From Bdellovibrionales bacterium (GTDB lineage: Bacteria > Bdellovibrionota > Bdellovibrionia > Bdellovibrionales > JAGQZY01), in NCBI GenBank assembly GCA_964230645.1, contig CAXRHT010000002.1, positions 64,001 through 128,000 on the forward strand: a stretch of 64,000 nucleotides of DNA, written 5' to 3'. The notes beneath the pieces are model-generated. The model made no database searches. It saw nothing but the letters and a program-made list of their open reading frames with translations, and was not told the DNA's origin. Made by a program: the position numbers and the translations under genes. Each line of letters starts with the position of its first letter. Positions within the stretch are counted from its first letter, which is position 1. Positions 49,573 through 58,622 of the stretch are shown in pieces.

Positions 49573-51315
49573 ATGAAAACTTTTACCAAGCTAGTTCTAG
49601 CTGGCGTTTTACTATCAAATATTTTACTTTTCCAAAACTGTAGCAACAGCCTTACGGCGAATCTGAGCGAAGAGGAGTCTTCAGAATCTCTAGAAGACGA
49701 TATTTTTACAAGTTCCTCAAATAACGATACCAATAAGTTAAATGTCAAAAAACGACCCTATTACGAAGGGCGAATCAGCTTTGATGGAAAGGTGATCACA
49801 GGTTTTCTTTGCGCCAACAAAAATACTCAGATTAAAGTTTATCGAGGCGGTAAAACCCATACTCTCTCGCCGGCTCTTACCCTTTCTGGTAATGACTTTA
49901 AAAGACAAGGTAAATTTCTTTATGATCTTTGCGACAGAAAGTTTGATCGGTTGGCTTATTTTAGCCATCGCCTGCCAGGATATTTCCGCTCAGGATCAAC
50001 ATTTAAGGTTAATGGCTGGACCCAGTTTAGTCCATATCGTCTGAACTCAAATCTTAAATCCGTGGGTATTCAATACACCACTTATCACTGTCCGATGTCA
50101 TCTTCTTATGGATGGGACCGAGTTTTCAATATCGATTCTATAGTTAAGGGAACCTCATCAAAAGGCTGGGGACCGGTCAATTGGCATCATTGGATAGAAA
50201 AGCCTTTTGACGGGTACTACTGTTTGAGTCGAGACACTGACCTCATTCAAAAACATGCTGTGCAACTGATGAATGCTGGTGTGGACTATATTTATATTGA
50301 TATTACCAATGATCCCTTGGTCTATAATGCCAATGGTTCCATGAAATGGGATTTTGAGAGAAAAATTCATTCTCCATTGATGAAGATTATTGATGTTTAT
50401 AAAAACCTTGAGTCTAAAGGTATTGCTGTTCCTAAGATTGCTTTGTGGATTGGTGCAACCAAGTATTATAAAAATCGTGCTGTTGATTACAATCAGTCAG
50501 TTTTAAAATGGGCGAAAACAGAATTTAACAACCGTGCAGGTCCTCTGCGTTACAAAGGTTTTGAATCGAAGCCTATTATTTTTATGAAAGTGGCGAACAA
50601 GCAGTGGTTTGATTGGGGTTATGTAAAAGATCACTTCGAATCTAGTAAGAGCCATTTCAAGCCAATTATTAAGTGGGCCAACGTTGAAGCTTTTATGGAA
50701 AAGAAGCCCTATCGTTGGGTGGCTTCTGCTGATGGCTCAAGAGTTGACCCTAAAAAAGTATGGCGCTTTAAAGAATCCTGTCAGTATAAAAGCGATGGGG
50801 AGCCTGTGAAGGATTGTAAACAAAATGCTATTGCTAATCAGATCAGTGTGGCGGCCGCGGAGCAACGTCCTGTGATGACTGATACGGATTCTTTATCAAA
50901 AAGAAGAGGAAGAACCTTTTTTCAACAGTTCCAAGGGGCATTTGATCGTTCTAAAAAATATATTTCCATTTCCAATTGGAACAACTGGTTAACCAATCGC
51001 TATTGCCATGGGTCCAATCGTTATGGTCTCGGTGGGGGAGCACCCACTTCAAAGCCCTCTCTTAGAGATTTTGATGATTTCAAAGACTACGGTTGTGATA
51101 GTGGAAAAAGTGTTGATTCAAGGGGGCTTCCGCTTTTTGTTGACTCATACACCTATCAATACTCTCGCGTTTTAGAACCCAGTCGTTCGGAAGGGGACTG
51201 TCATTACCAACTTATGAGAGCCTTGGTGCATTCTGCTAAACTCGGTCATAGTGGTATTCCCTATGATACTAAAAAAGACTTTATCGATAGTTGTAACTTT
51301 CAGTTGGTACGCTAG
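49573..51315 (+). CDS. lipoprotein with GH99/GH71-like glycoside hydrolase TIM-barrel domain
   Basis: FQNCS lipoprotein-type N-terminus; HW.EKP.DGYY, KHAVQLMNAGVDYIYIDITN, WNNW, FVDSY..YSRVLEP. Confidence 0.65.
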   Translation: MKTFTKLVLAGVLLSNILLFQNCSNSLTANLSEEESSESLEDDIFTSSSNNDTNKLNVKKRPYYEGRISFDGKVITGFLCANKNTQIKVYRGGKTHTLSPALTLSGNDFKRQGKFLYDLCDRKFDRLAYFSHRLPGYFRSGSTFKVNGWTQFSPYRLNSNLKSVGIQYTTYHCPMSSSYGWDRVFNIDSIVKGTSSKGWGPVNWHHWIEKPFDGYYCLSRDTDLIQKHAVQLMNAGVDYIYIDITNDPLVYNANGSMKWDFERKIHSPLMKIIDVYKNLESKGIAVPKIALWIGATKYYKNRAVDYNQSVLKWAKTEFNNRAGPLRYKGFESKPIIFMKVANKQWFDWGYVKDHFESSKSHFKPIIKWANVEAFMEKKPYRWVASADGSRVDPKKVWRFKESCQYKSDGEPVKDCKQNAIANQISVAAAEQRPVMTDTDSLSKRRGRTFFQQFQGAFDRSKKYISISNWNNWLTNRYCHGSNRYGLGGGAPTSKPSLRDFDDFKDYGCDSGKSVDSRGLPLFVDSYTYQYSRVLEPSRSEGDCHYQLMRALVHSAKLGHSGIPYDTKKDFIDSCNFQLVR

Positions 51316-51317
51316 AC

Positions 51318-51355
51318 GAGAAAAGGAAGTGGGCTTTTGACCCGCTTCCTCTTTT
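51318..51355. terminator. bidirectional terminator between convergent genes
   Basis: AAAAGGAAGTGGG-CTTTTGA-CCCGCTTCCTCTTTT. Confidence 0.7.
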
Positions 51356-51357
51356 GA

Positions 51358-52899
51358 TCAAAAATTTCCTAAATTTTTATCAATCCAGCGTTTTAGATTC
51401 TCATAATTCTGAGGGTGCTGGGCTCCATAGGGCACTTCCGGAGGCGGTGGCATGGCTCGTGGCGAATTAAGTTCAGGGTCCATACGCCTTATAATCGTGG
51501 ACTCTGAAGAGCTCTGACCCACACGAATCCAGGATTTATCTAAAAAGGCGAGAAGCCCCTCGGAACCTCGCTCGGGAAACTCGCTCTCAGAATGGCAACG
51601 AGTGCAGGTTTGTGCGCTCATAAATTCGGAATAAAGCTCGTTCCACTCTGTAAGGACATCACCACTGAGGTTGTCGACGAAATCTAGATTACGCTGCTCG
51701 AAGCCAGGTCCTTGCGGTTGGACTGTTGAGCCCCCATTGGTTTTTGAAACCACATAGAGTTTTTTCGTTTTATCATCGATAAACCAAATTTTCCCAATCT
51801 CATCCATAGCCACTCCAACCGGACGAATCTTTTCTCCCGTCTGAGTGTTAATTCCTCCCACCAAAGTCTGTGGACGATCGAAGGGAGCACCGAAATCATC
51901 GGTCGGATAAGCCACAATAGCGTTTTCAACCTCTCTTCGGTGTCCATGCCATCCCATTATGATGAAGTTTTGTAGTTCAGCAAAAAGACCGGTTTGGTCG
52001 TAATAATCCATATCAAGAGGCGCGGAGTGATTGGGGATTAAGAAGAGGGGATCTTTGTTGATCTTGTTACAGAAGCTAGAAAAGTTTGCGTTAAGACCTG
52101 GGGTCTGCTGGCCATAGCCTACACAAAAGGGCCATCCATAATCGGGAATTTCAGAGCTTATTAATGGAATTTCGTTGAACTCCTCGGGTGTTCCCTCGGG
52201 GTCCATATTGTTTTCACCTTGATAAAGAGTTTCGGTTTTTGAGTTAAAAAGGAGCGCCATGGAATTTCTAAGACCTCGAGCTAGAACTTCGTAGCGGGGA
52301 GAATAGTTATCCGTACTTGTGTCATAGCTGAAAAGTCGGAGCTCGGCTTCCTGGTCCCGCGAGGGACAGTAAGTGCCTCCTCCCATTTCTTCTTGGCAGC
52401 GATCCGAGGGGGCGCCAACGTTTACGACCAGGTCGTTATTGGGTAGAACTATAAAGTGAGTGAGGGGATGGGAGCCGGCGGTGGGAAGGCCTGTTACTAC
52501 GGGTTCAAAGGACTTGTTTTTTTGTCTTAAAATAGCATCAGGGTTTCCGATCAGCACTCGCCCTTTTTGATCAAGTCCCAGGCCATGGGTATACCGTCCC
52601 CCAGAGTAGATCGTGCTCACTTTTTTAGTAGAAATATTAAAAAGGTAGACCTTACCGTTATTGCCGTCACCCCAACCACCGAGGTCGCTTATCAACATTT
52701 CGTTAGAAGAAACAAAAAGTATCTGGCGAGGCATTTTCCAAGGCACATCAGTTTCATCAAGAGCTAAACCCAAACAGGAGCCCTCAAGACCCAACTCCAC
52801 ACCACTCACATCTTTAAAGTCTCCACAATTGGCTGAGAATGAAATTTGAGGAATTAAGAAAAAAAGAAAAGAGGACATTAAAAAACGAAGAGTGTTCAA
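51358..52899 (-). CDS. PQQ-dependent glucose/sorbosone dehydrogenase-family protein with C-terminal cytochrome c domain
   Basis: ARGLRNSMAL, DYGWPFC, HSAPL, RPVGV propeller motifs; CTRCH and distal MPP; start re-assigned to TTG 52899 after AAGGA. Confidence 0.85.
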   Translation of the reverse strand: MNTLRFLMSSFLFFLIPQISFSANCGDFKDVSGVELGLEGSCLGLALDETDVPWKMPRQILFVSSNEMLISDLGGWGDGNNGKVYLFNISTKKVSTIYSGGRYTHGLGLDQKGRVLIGNPDAILRQKNKSFEPVVTGLPTAGSHPLTHFIVLPNNDLVVNVGAPSDRCQEEMGGGTYCPSRDQEAELRLFSYDTSTDNYSPRYEVLARGLRNSMALLFNSKTETLYQGENNMDPEGTPEEFNEIPLISSEIPDYGWPFCVGYGQQTPGLNANFSSFCNKINKDPLFLIPNHSAPLDMDYYDQTGLFAELQNFIIMGWHGHRREVENAIVAYPTDDFGAPFDRPQTLVGGINTQTGEKIRPVGVAMDEIGKIWFIDDKTKKLYVVSKTNGGSTVQPQGPGFEQRNLDFVDNLSGDVLTEWNELYSEFMSAQTCTRCHSESEFPERGSEGLLAFLDKSWIRVGQSSSESTIIRRMDPELNSPRAMPPPPEVPYGAQHPQNYENLKRWIDKNLGNF

Positions 52900-53267
52900 T
52901 GGATTTTCCTTGTTACAATTTTTGATAATAGAGTTATAGCAATTGATAAAAAGTTCCTGTGAAAAAAACATAGAGTGAGTAAAAAAGAAAAAATCAGTGT
53001 CCACACAATTGACAGATTTCTCTCGGGAGAAGACCGCAAAAGACCTCGTGAGAGGGGAGGGGAGTTGTAAGCGAATGGAAGAGAGTTCAGGTGTGAAGGA
53101 GATTGATTCCGCTAATATCAGACTCTGAGGTTCTGCGATTGTTTCGTTTTGAGACATGAGATTTTGCTTAGCCTCTCAAGACTTGTCAAAACTTTAGACA
53201 CTCAAACACCACTGGCTTTGTTTTGGTGAGGTCTACAAATTGCACTCTTAAAAGGTGGAGGGTTGAG

Positions 53268-53927
53268 GTGAATTATAAACGTACAGTGATGATACTCTTT
53301 TATCTGATCTTACTTTTTGGGATCACCCATTGCGGGGATGCCGATTTTAGTGGGTCTTCAACACCCGGTCAGAATGTGGGGCAAACCACAGGACCTGTGA
53401 GTCCAGATCCTATTGATGAGCCAACACCTGGTGAACCTCCCGTCCCCAATCCTAATCCAACAGGAAATTTTAAAGTGATTGAAGCCTTAGTCGTGGATTA
53501 TGACTTTTCTTTAGATGGTGAACAAATTGAGCTTGAAATTAAAGATGAAGGCGAAGATCTCATAGTTTTTCTTCACTTTCTTCAGCCCACTAAAATCACA
53601 CTAGTTGGAGACACCCGCCATATAAAAGCTTTGTTTCTAACCGGAAATGCTCCCATTACAACCTCTACGGTTGAAAATAACAATGGCACTCTATTTCCGA
53701 CGGCCTTAACCGCGACTGGTTTTTATCCGGCCTACAATATGGGATCTGGAGTTGAAAATCTCGTCGGCCAACAAGGTGCGGAAATCTGGAGAGCGGGTGC
53801 AGAGAAGTCGATCTTTGCCTCGACCTTAGGAGAGAAGCGTTGTTTTGAAGTAGTGTTTGAATCAACAGATCCTTCTTCGAAAAATCTGGTATTACAACAA
53901 TCCACGCCCTATACCTGCCCATTTTAA
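53268..53927 (+). CDS. hypothetical lipoprotein with Pro-rich linker
   Basis: Hydrophobic stretch then ITHC; PDPIDEPTPGEPPVPNPNP; GGAGG before GTG. Confidence 0.65.
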   Translation: MNYKRTVMILFYLILLFGITHCGDADFSGSSTPGQNVGQTTGPVSPDPIDEPTPGEPPVPNPNPTGNFKVIEALVVDYDFSLDGEQIELEIKDEGEDLIVFLHFLQPTKITLVGDTRHIKALFLTGNAPITTSTVENNNGTLFPTALTATGFYPAYNMGSGVENLVGQQGAEIWRAGAEKSIFASTLGEKRCFEVVFESTDPSSKNLVLQQSTPYTCPF

Positions 53928-53983
53928 AAAAATAAGACAACAGTCGAGTGGTCTGGGGCCAGAAGCTGTTTCATAATAGAGAT

Positions 53984-54916
53984 ATGGCACAACGTATCTT
54001 TATCCTCTCTTTTTTAATGATCTCCCTTGTTCAATGCTCGCTTTTTGAGGACGCTCGAAAAAGACGCTCTCCCGAAGTCAGAGACCTGCCAAGACAAGCC
54101 CGTGATGACGGAGCGAATCTTAGACGCCGGGTTGTTGTGCTACCATTCATTGATAAATCACCCTACGCTACGGGTGCCTCGGTGCAAGCGGCTCGCGATA
54201 CGGTCGTTAGACAACTTAATATGAGTGGTGAGGTTGTGGTTTTAAGTGCTGCGGACTTAGAAAAACCCCCTCAAGAGTATTTTGATGAGGACGGCTACGA
54301 GATCGAGAAGATAATTCCCATGGCCCGGAAAATTGGGGCTCACGCCATTGTCGTGGGTCGGATTCAAGAGATTAAGACCCGAAAAATTGGGGACAGTGTG
54401 GGGCTTTTTAGAAAAATAAAAGCCGAGGTTTCAGCCCTAGTGAATGTGGAAATGTACTCTACAAAAAGTGGTAATTCGATTGTGAAAGAATCGCGTTCAG
54501 CCACTGTGGAAGAAGAAGTCACCCGTGTTGCGAAGGCCTCTTATACCGACAAAGAGTTAAGAGATAATCCTCAGTTGGTTCGCTCAGTGGTTAGAGCAGC
54601 CTTTGCAAAAATGGTGAAAAATATTATTTTAGCTCTTCGCAAGATGAGTTGGACCGGACGCATAGCTCTCGTTCGGGGTGAAAAGATTTATCTTAATGCC
54701 GGTCGACTCTCAGGCCTACAAGTCGGGGATATTTTGCAGGTGGCAGAAGCAAAAGAAGAAATCTACGATCCAGAAACAGGAGGCTACCTAGGAAACATCA
54801 CCGGGCGTATGAAGGGAACCATTGAGGTCATTAGCTACTTTGGCAAAGACGGCTCAGTAACCATTGTTCATTCGGGCTCGGGCTTTGAACAAAATGATAT
54901 CGTCGAATTTTATTAA
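53984..54916 (+). CDS. CsgG/FlgT-like lipoprotein
   Basis: LVQC lipobox-like; RRRVVVLPF TolB_N/CsgG-type domain; C-terminal IYLNAGRLSGLQVGD and DPETG (FlgT_C-like). Confidence 0.75.
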   Translation: MAQRIFILSFLMISLVQCSLFEDARKRRSPEVRDLPRQARDDGANLRRRVVVLPFIDKSPYATGASVQAARDTVVRQLNMSGEVVVLSAADLEKPPQEYFDEDGYEIEKIIPMARKIGAHAIVVGRIQEIKTRKIGDSVGLFRKIKAEVSALVNVEMYSTKSGNSIVKESRSATVEEEVTRVAKASYTDKELRDNPQLVRSVVRAAFAKMVKNIILALRKMSWTGRIALVRGEKIYLNAGRLSGLQVGDILQVAEAKEEIYDPETGGYLGNITGRMKGTIEVISYFGKDGSVTIVHSGSGFEQNDIVEFY

Positions 54917-54932
54917 TCGTTCAAACCTGTCG

Positions 54933-55130
54933 TCATAATGTTGTCCTGAGCGTTTTCATACTGGCGTCTTGAGAGTCTTCATAATGTCGTCCTGAGCGTA
55001 GCGAAGGACCTATTACCGAGAACTGTGATAGATAACGTTAGCTTAGCGGCGATAGATTCTTCGCTACGCTCAGAATGACGATACGCTTAGAGTGACAATA
55101 TGCTTAGAGTGACAATTTGCTCAGGAAGGC
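54933..55130. repeat. REP/REPIN-like locus 5 with tandem echoes on both sides
   Basis: REP 54986-55011, 42-bp spacer, inverted REP 55054-55079; 23-bp units at left (54933, 54956, 54979); 17-bp units at right (55080-55130). Confidence 0.9.
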
Positions 55131-55138
55131 AATAGGTA

Positions 55139-56326
55139 TTAACGCCTCTGATCCAATCTGGCCACACAGTAGCGAGCCTGGCTTGGGCTAAAACGGTCGA
55201 AAAATTCTTTTCTTTCATTTTTCCAAAGACTCAAATGTTCATACTCTTTTTCCGTCTTAATGAGTCGATTGTTTCTATCAAAGTATTGTATCAGCCAATG
55301 TCCAGATAAATTGACATGACGGGAGCTAAGATTTTTCACAAACACACGGGCTTCTCGTTTTTGAGAGTTAAAACGACATTTTGAATAAAGCTTTGACCCT
55401 TTATAATAGAAGTACTGGGGACTGCCTGGGCGATAAGTCGGTCGAACACTTGGGGTGCCGCCACTGTAGCCGGGACTGTACTGGTCTTTTTGGATTTGAA
55501 GGCGCTCTTTTTCAAGCTCATAGCTTTGCTGTTGCTTCTTTTTAGCAAGGTCCATTTGCTCTTTATGGCGTTGTTTTTCAAGGGCGAGTTTTTCCTCTTC
55601 GATCAGAAGAGCCTTTCTTTCATTGTAGGCGGTGGAGTATTTCGACACAAGTGTATCTCTTTTTGAGGCTGGACACTTTTGCACTTTCGCAAGCTCAACA
55701 GATTTCGATTTTTTTGCCTTGGCGTCCTCTTCTCCTTTAATGAGCCAAAAAGAGGGAGTACAATTGGTCTTCATTTGCTCAGAGTAGCTTTTCCTCATGG
55801 CAGTCTTCAATTCATTGGCTTTACTCGTTGAGCATGTGCTTGAGATGTCAGGAACTTGAAGAGGCTCAAAGTTTTTAGCTTGCTCTCTACCTTTTTCGGA
55901 AAACCTTTGAGAGTCGCAGTAGGTTTCTTTAAAAGAGTTCTGAAATACTTTTTGAGCCAGTTTTTTATATTCGGTGTCTTGCAAACAGATTTTCATTCTC
56001 TCCGGGTAATCAGTTGGGGAGTCTACCTGGCCAGAGCGAGCTTGTTGTTTGCCCCATTTTTTATAATTGTACTCGCTGCAATACTCTTTTTTACCTTTAA
56101 AATAACCAGCCTTGAAATCCTGACGATACATACTCGGAGAATAGGCTTCGAAATCTTGGCATATGTTTCCTTGATAGGTGGACGCACCATCAACATTTTC
56201 CCCTTTTTGTGCGGCTTGGTAGCCATGCTGATAGGCTACATTTTGAACGCAAACTCGTTTTTGTTTCATAGCGCACGCACTGGTTGATAAAAACACGATA
56301 ATCAGAAGAAGCTTATTGGTCTCCAT
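55139..56326 (-). CDS. lipoprotein with repeated Cys-containing helical (DUF2799-like) units and a C-terminal beta domain
   Basis: TSAC lipobox-like; AYQHGYQAAQKG and GYFKGKKEYC-type repeats; coiled coil; beta-rich C-terminus. Confidence 0.7.
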   Translation of the reverse strand: METNKLLLIIVFLSTSACAMKQKRVCVQNVAYQHGYQAAQKGENVDGASTYQGNICQDFEAYSPSMYRQDFKAGYFKGKKEYCSEYNYKKWGKQQARSGQVDSPTDYPERMKICLQDTEYKKLAQKVFQNSFKETYCDSQRFSEKGREQAKNFEPLQVPDISSTCSTSKANELKTAMRKSYSEQMKTNCTPSFWLIKGEEDAKAKKSKSVELAKVQKCPASKRDTLVSKYSTAYNERKALLIEEEKLALEKQRHKEQMDLAKKKQQQSYELEKERLQIQKDQYSPGYSGGTPSVRPTYRPGSPQYFYYKGSKLYSKCRFNSQKREARVFVKNLSSRHVNLSGHWLIQYFDRNNRLIKTEKEYEHLSLWKNERKEFFDRFSPSQARYCVARLDQRR

Positions 56327-56571
56327 GATGGGTTCCCCTCAAAATGATTTGTTTCAGCAAGGCTAACCCAAGTTGTCTTAAGGGGCAATTGGAAGCAATA
56401 AAAAGGGGAGTGAGTGGACGATTTGAGAAGCTCAAAATGGCAAAAGCCTATTTTTAGGGCAATGGTTGAAGAGCTAGGGTCGATTTTCTGACTCGAAGCT
56501 TTTGGGGGAAGCTCTGAGTTTTCAATTTAAGACAGTGATCCCTGGACCTTGGCAGTGAATCCCAGTGAGTT

Positions 56572-56599
56572 TGAATTTTGCCTTAAAAGTTGCCGATAA
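56572..56599 (+). promoter_or_regulatory. putative sigma-28-type promoter
   Basis: Perfect GCCGATAA at 56592-56599 with TGAA 16 nt upstream; RBS AGGAG follows. Confidence 0.5.
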
Positions 56600-56620
56600 G
56601 TTTATGTATTAGGAGTATTT

Positions 56621-58573
56621 ATGAGACGAATTCATCTTATGATTATTGCATGTGTTTTTGGCTTCACTTCCCTTAGTTTTTCCAAACAAGATCTTCCCGA
56701 AAAGTCGACTCGAGTGGAAAATAAAAAGAAGTTGTTTAAAAGCATTCGAACCCAGCAGTTTTTTAAAATTGTTGAGCTTCGTCGTGCACGAAATGAGCAG
56801 TGGAAAGGCGTAATAAATAGTGAACCTCCACGCCATCTCAAGGTTAAAAAGCCCAGTACTCGTGAGAAATTGAAGATCAAAAATATTATCAATTATATGA
56901 TCAAAGAACTAGCCAAAGCTGAAAACGTGAAGGAGTGGATTAACAATTCCCCAAAAGCATTGAAGCTTTTTAGAAGAAAACATTTTTCGCAGTTTGGATC
57001 AGAGCCGATACCAAAATTCGTGCACTCAGAAACACAAATTCTTTTGTTTGAGAATGGCTCAAAGAAAAGTCCGAGTTTGTTAAGAGGATTCGTAACTGAA
57101 AAAGGGGTTGAGTTTTTTTACAACAGTAGGAACGTCACCGTAAAAAGGGGCGAATCGCCAGAGGCATGGTATCAACGAATAACCTCCACTACTTCAGCCT
57201 CAATTTTTGACTGGATCATTCCCAAGGCTCACGCTAGCCCAAATCTTCAGTGGGCCCATGCTCTCGGTTCAGCACAGATGGGTATGGAAGACGATAATTG
57301 GTTAACCTATGATTTTACTGACCCTCAGGGGCTTGACGGTGCGACTCTTTTTGGACTCTCTGATGATGCCAAAGATTTTTACAATTTAAGATGCCAAGGA
57401 AGCCGGGCGGTTTTTGAGACTCGTTTAGGGGACCGAACCTTTACTGTTCAAGCTATGAACTCTCATTACGAAGATACCCCGGGTGAACAATTAATATTTA
57501 ATCATGACGAGGTCCCATCCTTTTCGATCATTCACAACCTATTCGGTCGTTATGGGGACGCCGGTTCAGTCAATTTAAGATCGCAAGCCTTGAGGAACCC
57601 AGTGGGCAATCAAGAACTCCTCCCAGAACTTTCCGCTCTTCTGCAAGGTGAAGCCTTGCAAACTTCTTTTCCTCAATCCGAAAACTTTAATAACCTCAAT
57701 TCCGACACTTACAGTGATCACCTCTCCCAAAATGCTATGGCCTATCAAGCTTGTGTAGCTATGGGAAATAACGGTGTTGATGCCTGCTCGGAGCATGAGG
57801 CTCCCGGTGATTTTCTCGACTGTGTAAGTAGTGAAGTTTTAGGGGCAAAATTACCGGGAGGAATGAGAATTGCTGGTACTCTTCCCTGGAGTATGAGTCG
57901 TACCTCCGGTCTTCATTTAAAAGCCGAATTGGCAGGTATATTAAATTCTGGGCAAATCAATGTGCCTCAAAGTCGCCTTTACCCAAGCGTTGGTCCCGGT
58001 AATGGTTTAAACGTTGATGTCACAAGGTGGAACGCCAATCATCCTGGAAATGGGCGGGCTAACCTTATCACAAGACTTTCCACCAACCTTCGCGACAATG
58101 ATGTGGAGCAAGCCTTTCAACTTTGTCTGAACTCTATTCATGACGGCATCGATAGAACTTCGGAGTGTCAGTCCTATATTGATTCTTTGCCCGAGGAAGA
58201 AAGGGAAGCGGGAGCTCGAGCTCTACAAGGCTTAGAACTATCCATACAAAATCAGTACGCGGCCCTGCAGGGAAGTAATTCACAATTTATTGGTGATTTG
58301 CGCTCTCGCCTTGAGGAGGCCGGACAAGGACGACCAGAAGATGATAATTGTGCCAGGCGCTTTAATAATGAAGAACAGCAAAATCTGTTAGAACATTTAG
58401 CGCAAGTGGAAAGAGCGGGGTTTCAGAATCAAAACTTAAGTAGTCATCTCGATAGTGCGATTGCTACGGCTGATGTGGGGCGAGCCTGCTGTTCAAATAT
58501 GCGTTGCCAAATGTATATGAATGGAACTCTCCCTCAAGAAGAGAGAGAGAGAATCAGACCGAGTTCTCAATAA
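56621..58573 (+). CDS. large exported hypothetical protein
   Basis: Signal peptide; basic N-terminal third; internal IPKAHA motif; Cys-rich acidic C-terminal part. Confidence 0.8.
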   Translation: MRRIHLMIIACVFGFTSLSFSKQDLPEKSTRVENKKKLFKSIRTQQFFKIVELRRARNEQWKGVINSEPPRHLKVKKPSTREKLKIKNIINYMIKELAKAENVKEWINNSPKALKLFRRKHFSQFGSEPIPKFVHSETQILLFENGSKKSPSLLRGFVTEKGVEFFYNSRNVTVKRGESPEAWYQRITSTTSASIFDWIIPKAHASPNLQWAHALGSAQMGMEDDNWLTYDFTDPQGLDGATLFGLSDDAKDFYNLRCQGSRAVFETRLGDRTFTVQAMNSHYEDTPGEQLIFNHDEVPSFSIIHNLFGRYGDAGSVNLRSQALRNPVGNQELLPELSALLQGEALQTSFPQSENFNNLNSDTYSDHLSQNAMAYQACVAMGNNGVDACSEHEAPGDFLDCVSSEVLGAKLPGGMRIAGTLPWSMSRTSGLHLKAELAGILNSGQINVPQSRLYPSVGPGNGLNVDVTRWNANHPGNGRANLITRLSTNLRDNDVEQAFQLCLNSIHDGIDRTSECQSYIDSLPEEEREAGARALQGLELSIQNQYAALQGSNSQFIGDLRSRLEEAGQGRPEDDNCARRFNNEEQQNLLEHLAQVERAGFQNQNLSSHLDSAIATADVGRACCSNMRCQMYMNGTLPQEERERIRPSSQ

Positions 58574-58598
58574 AAAAAGCCAGTCTCTGACTGGCTTA
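58572..58598. terminator. bidirectional terminator
   Basis: AAAAAAAGCCAGTC-TCT-GACTGGCTT between convergent genes. Confidence 0.75.
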
Positions 58599-58622
58599 TT
58601 GATTTCATTGAAAACTTATCCC

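Noticed and set aside
52900..53157. 86-aa N-terminal extension of the dehydrogenase ORF
   Set aside because: It would bury the signal peptide; an RBS and TTG at 52899 fit better.
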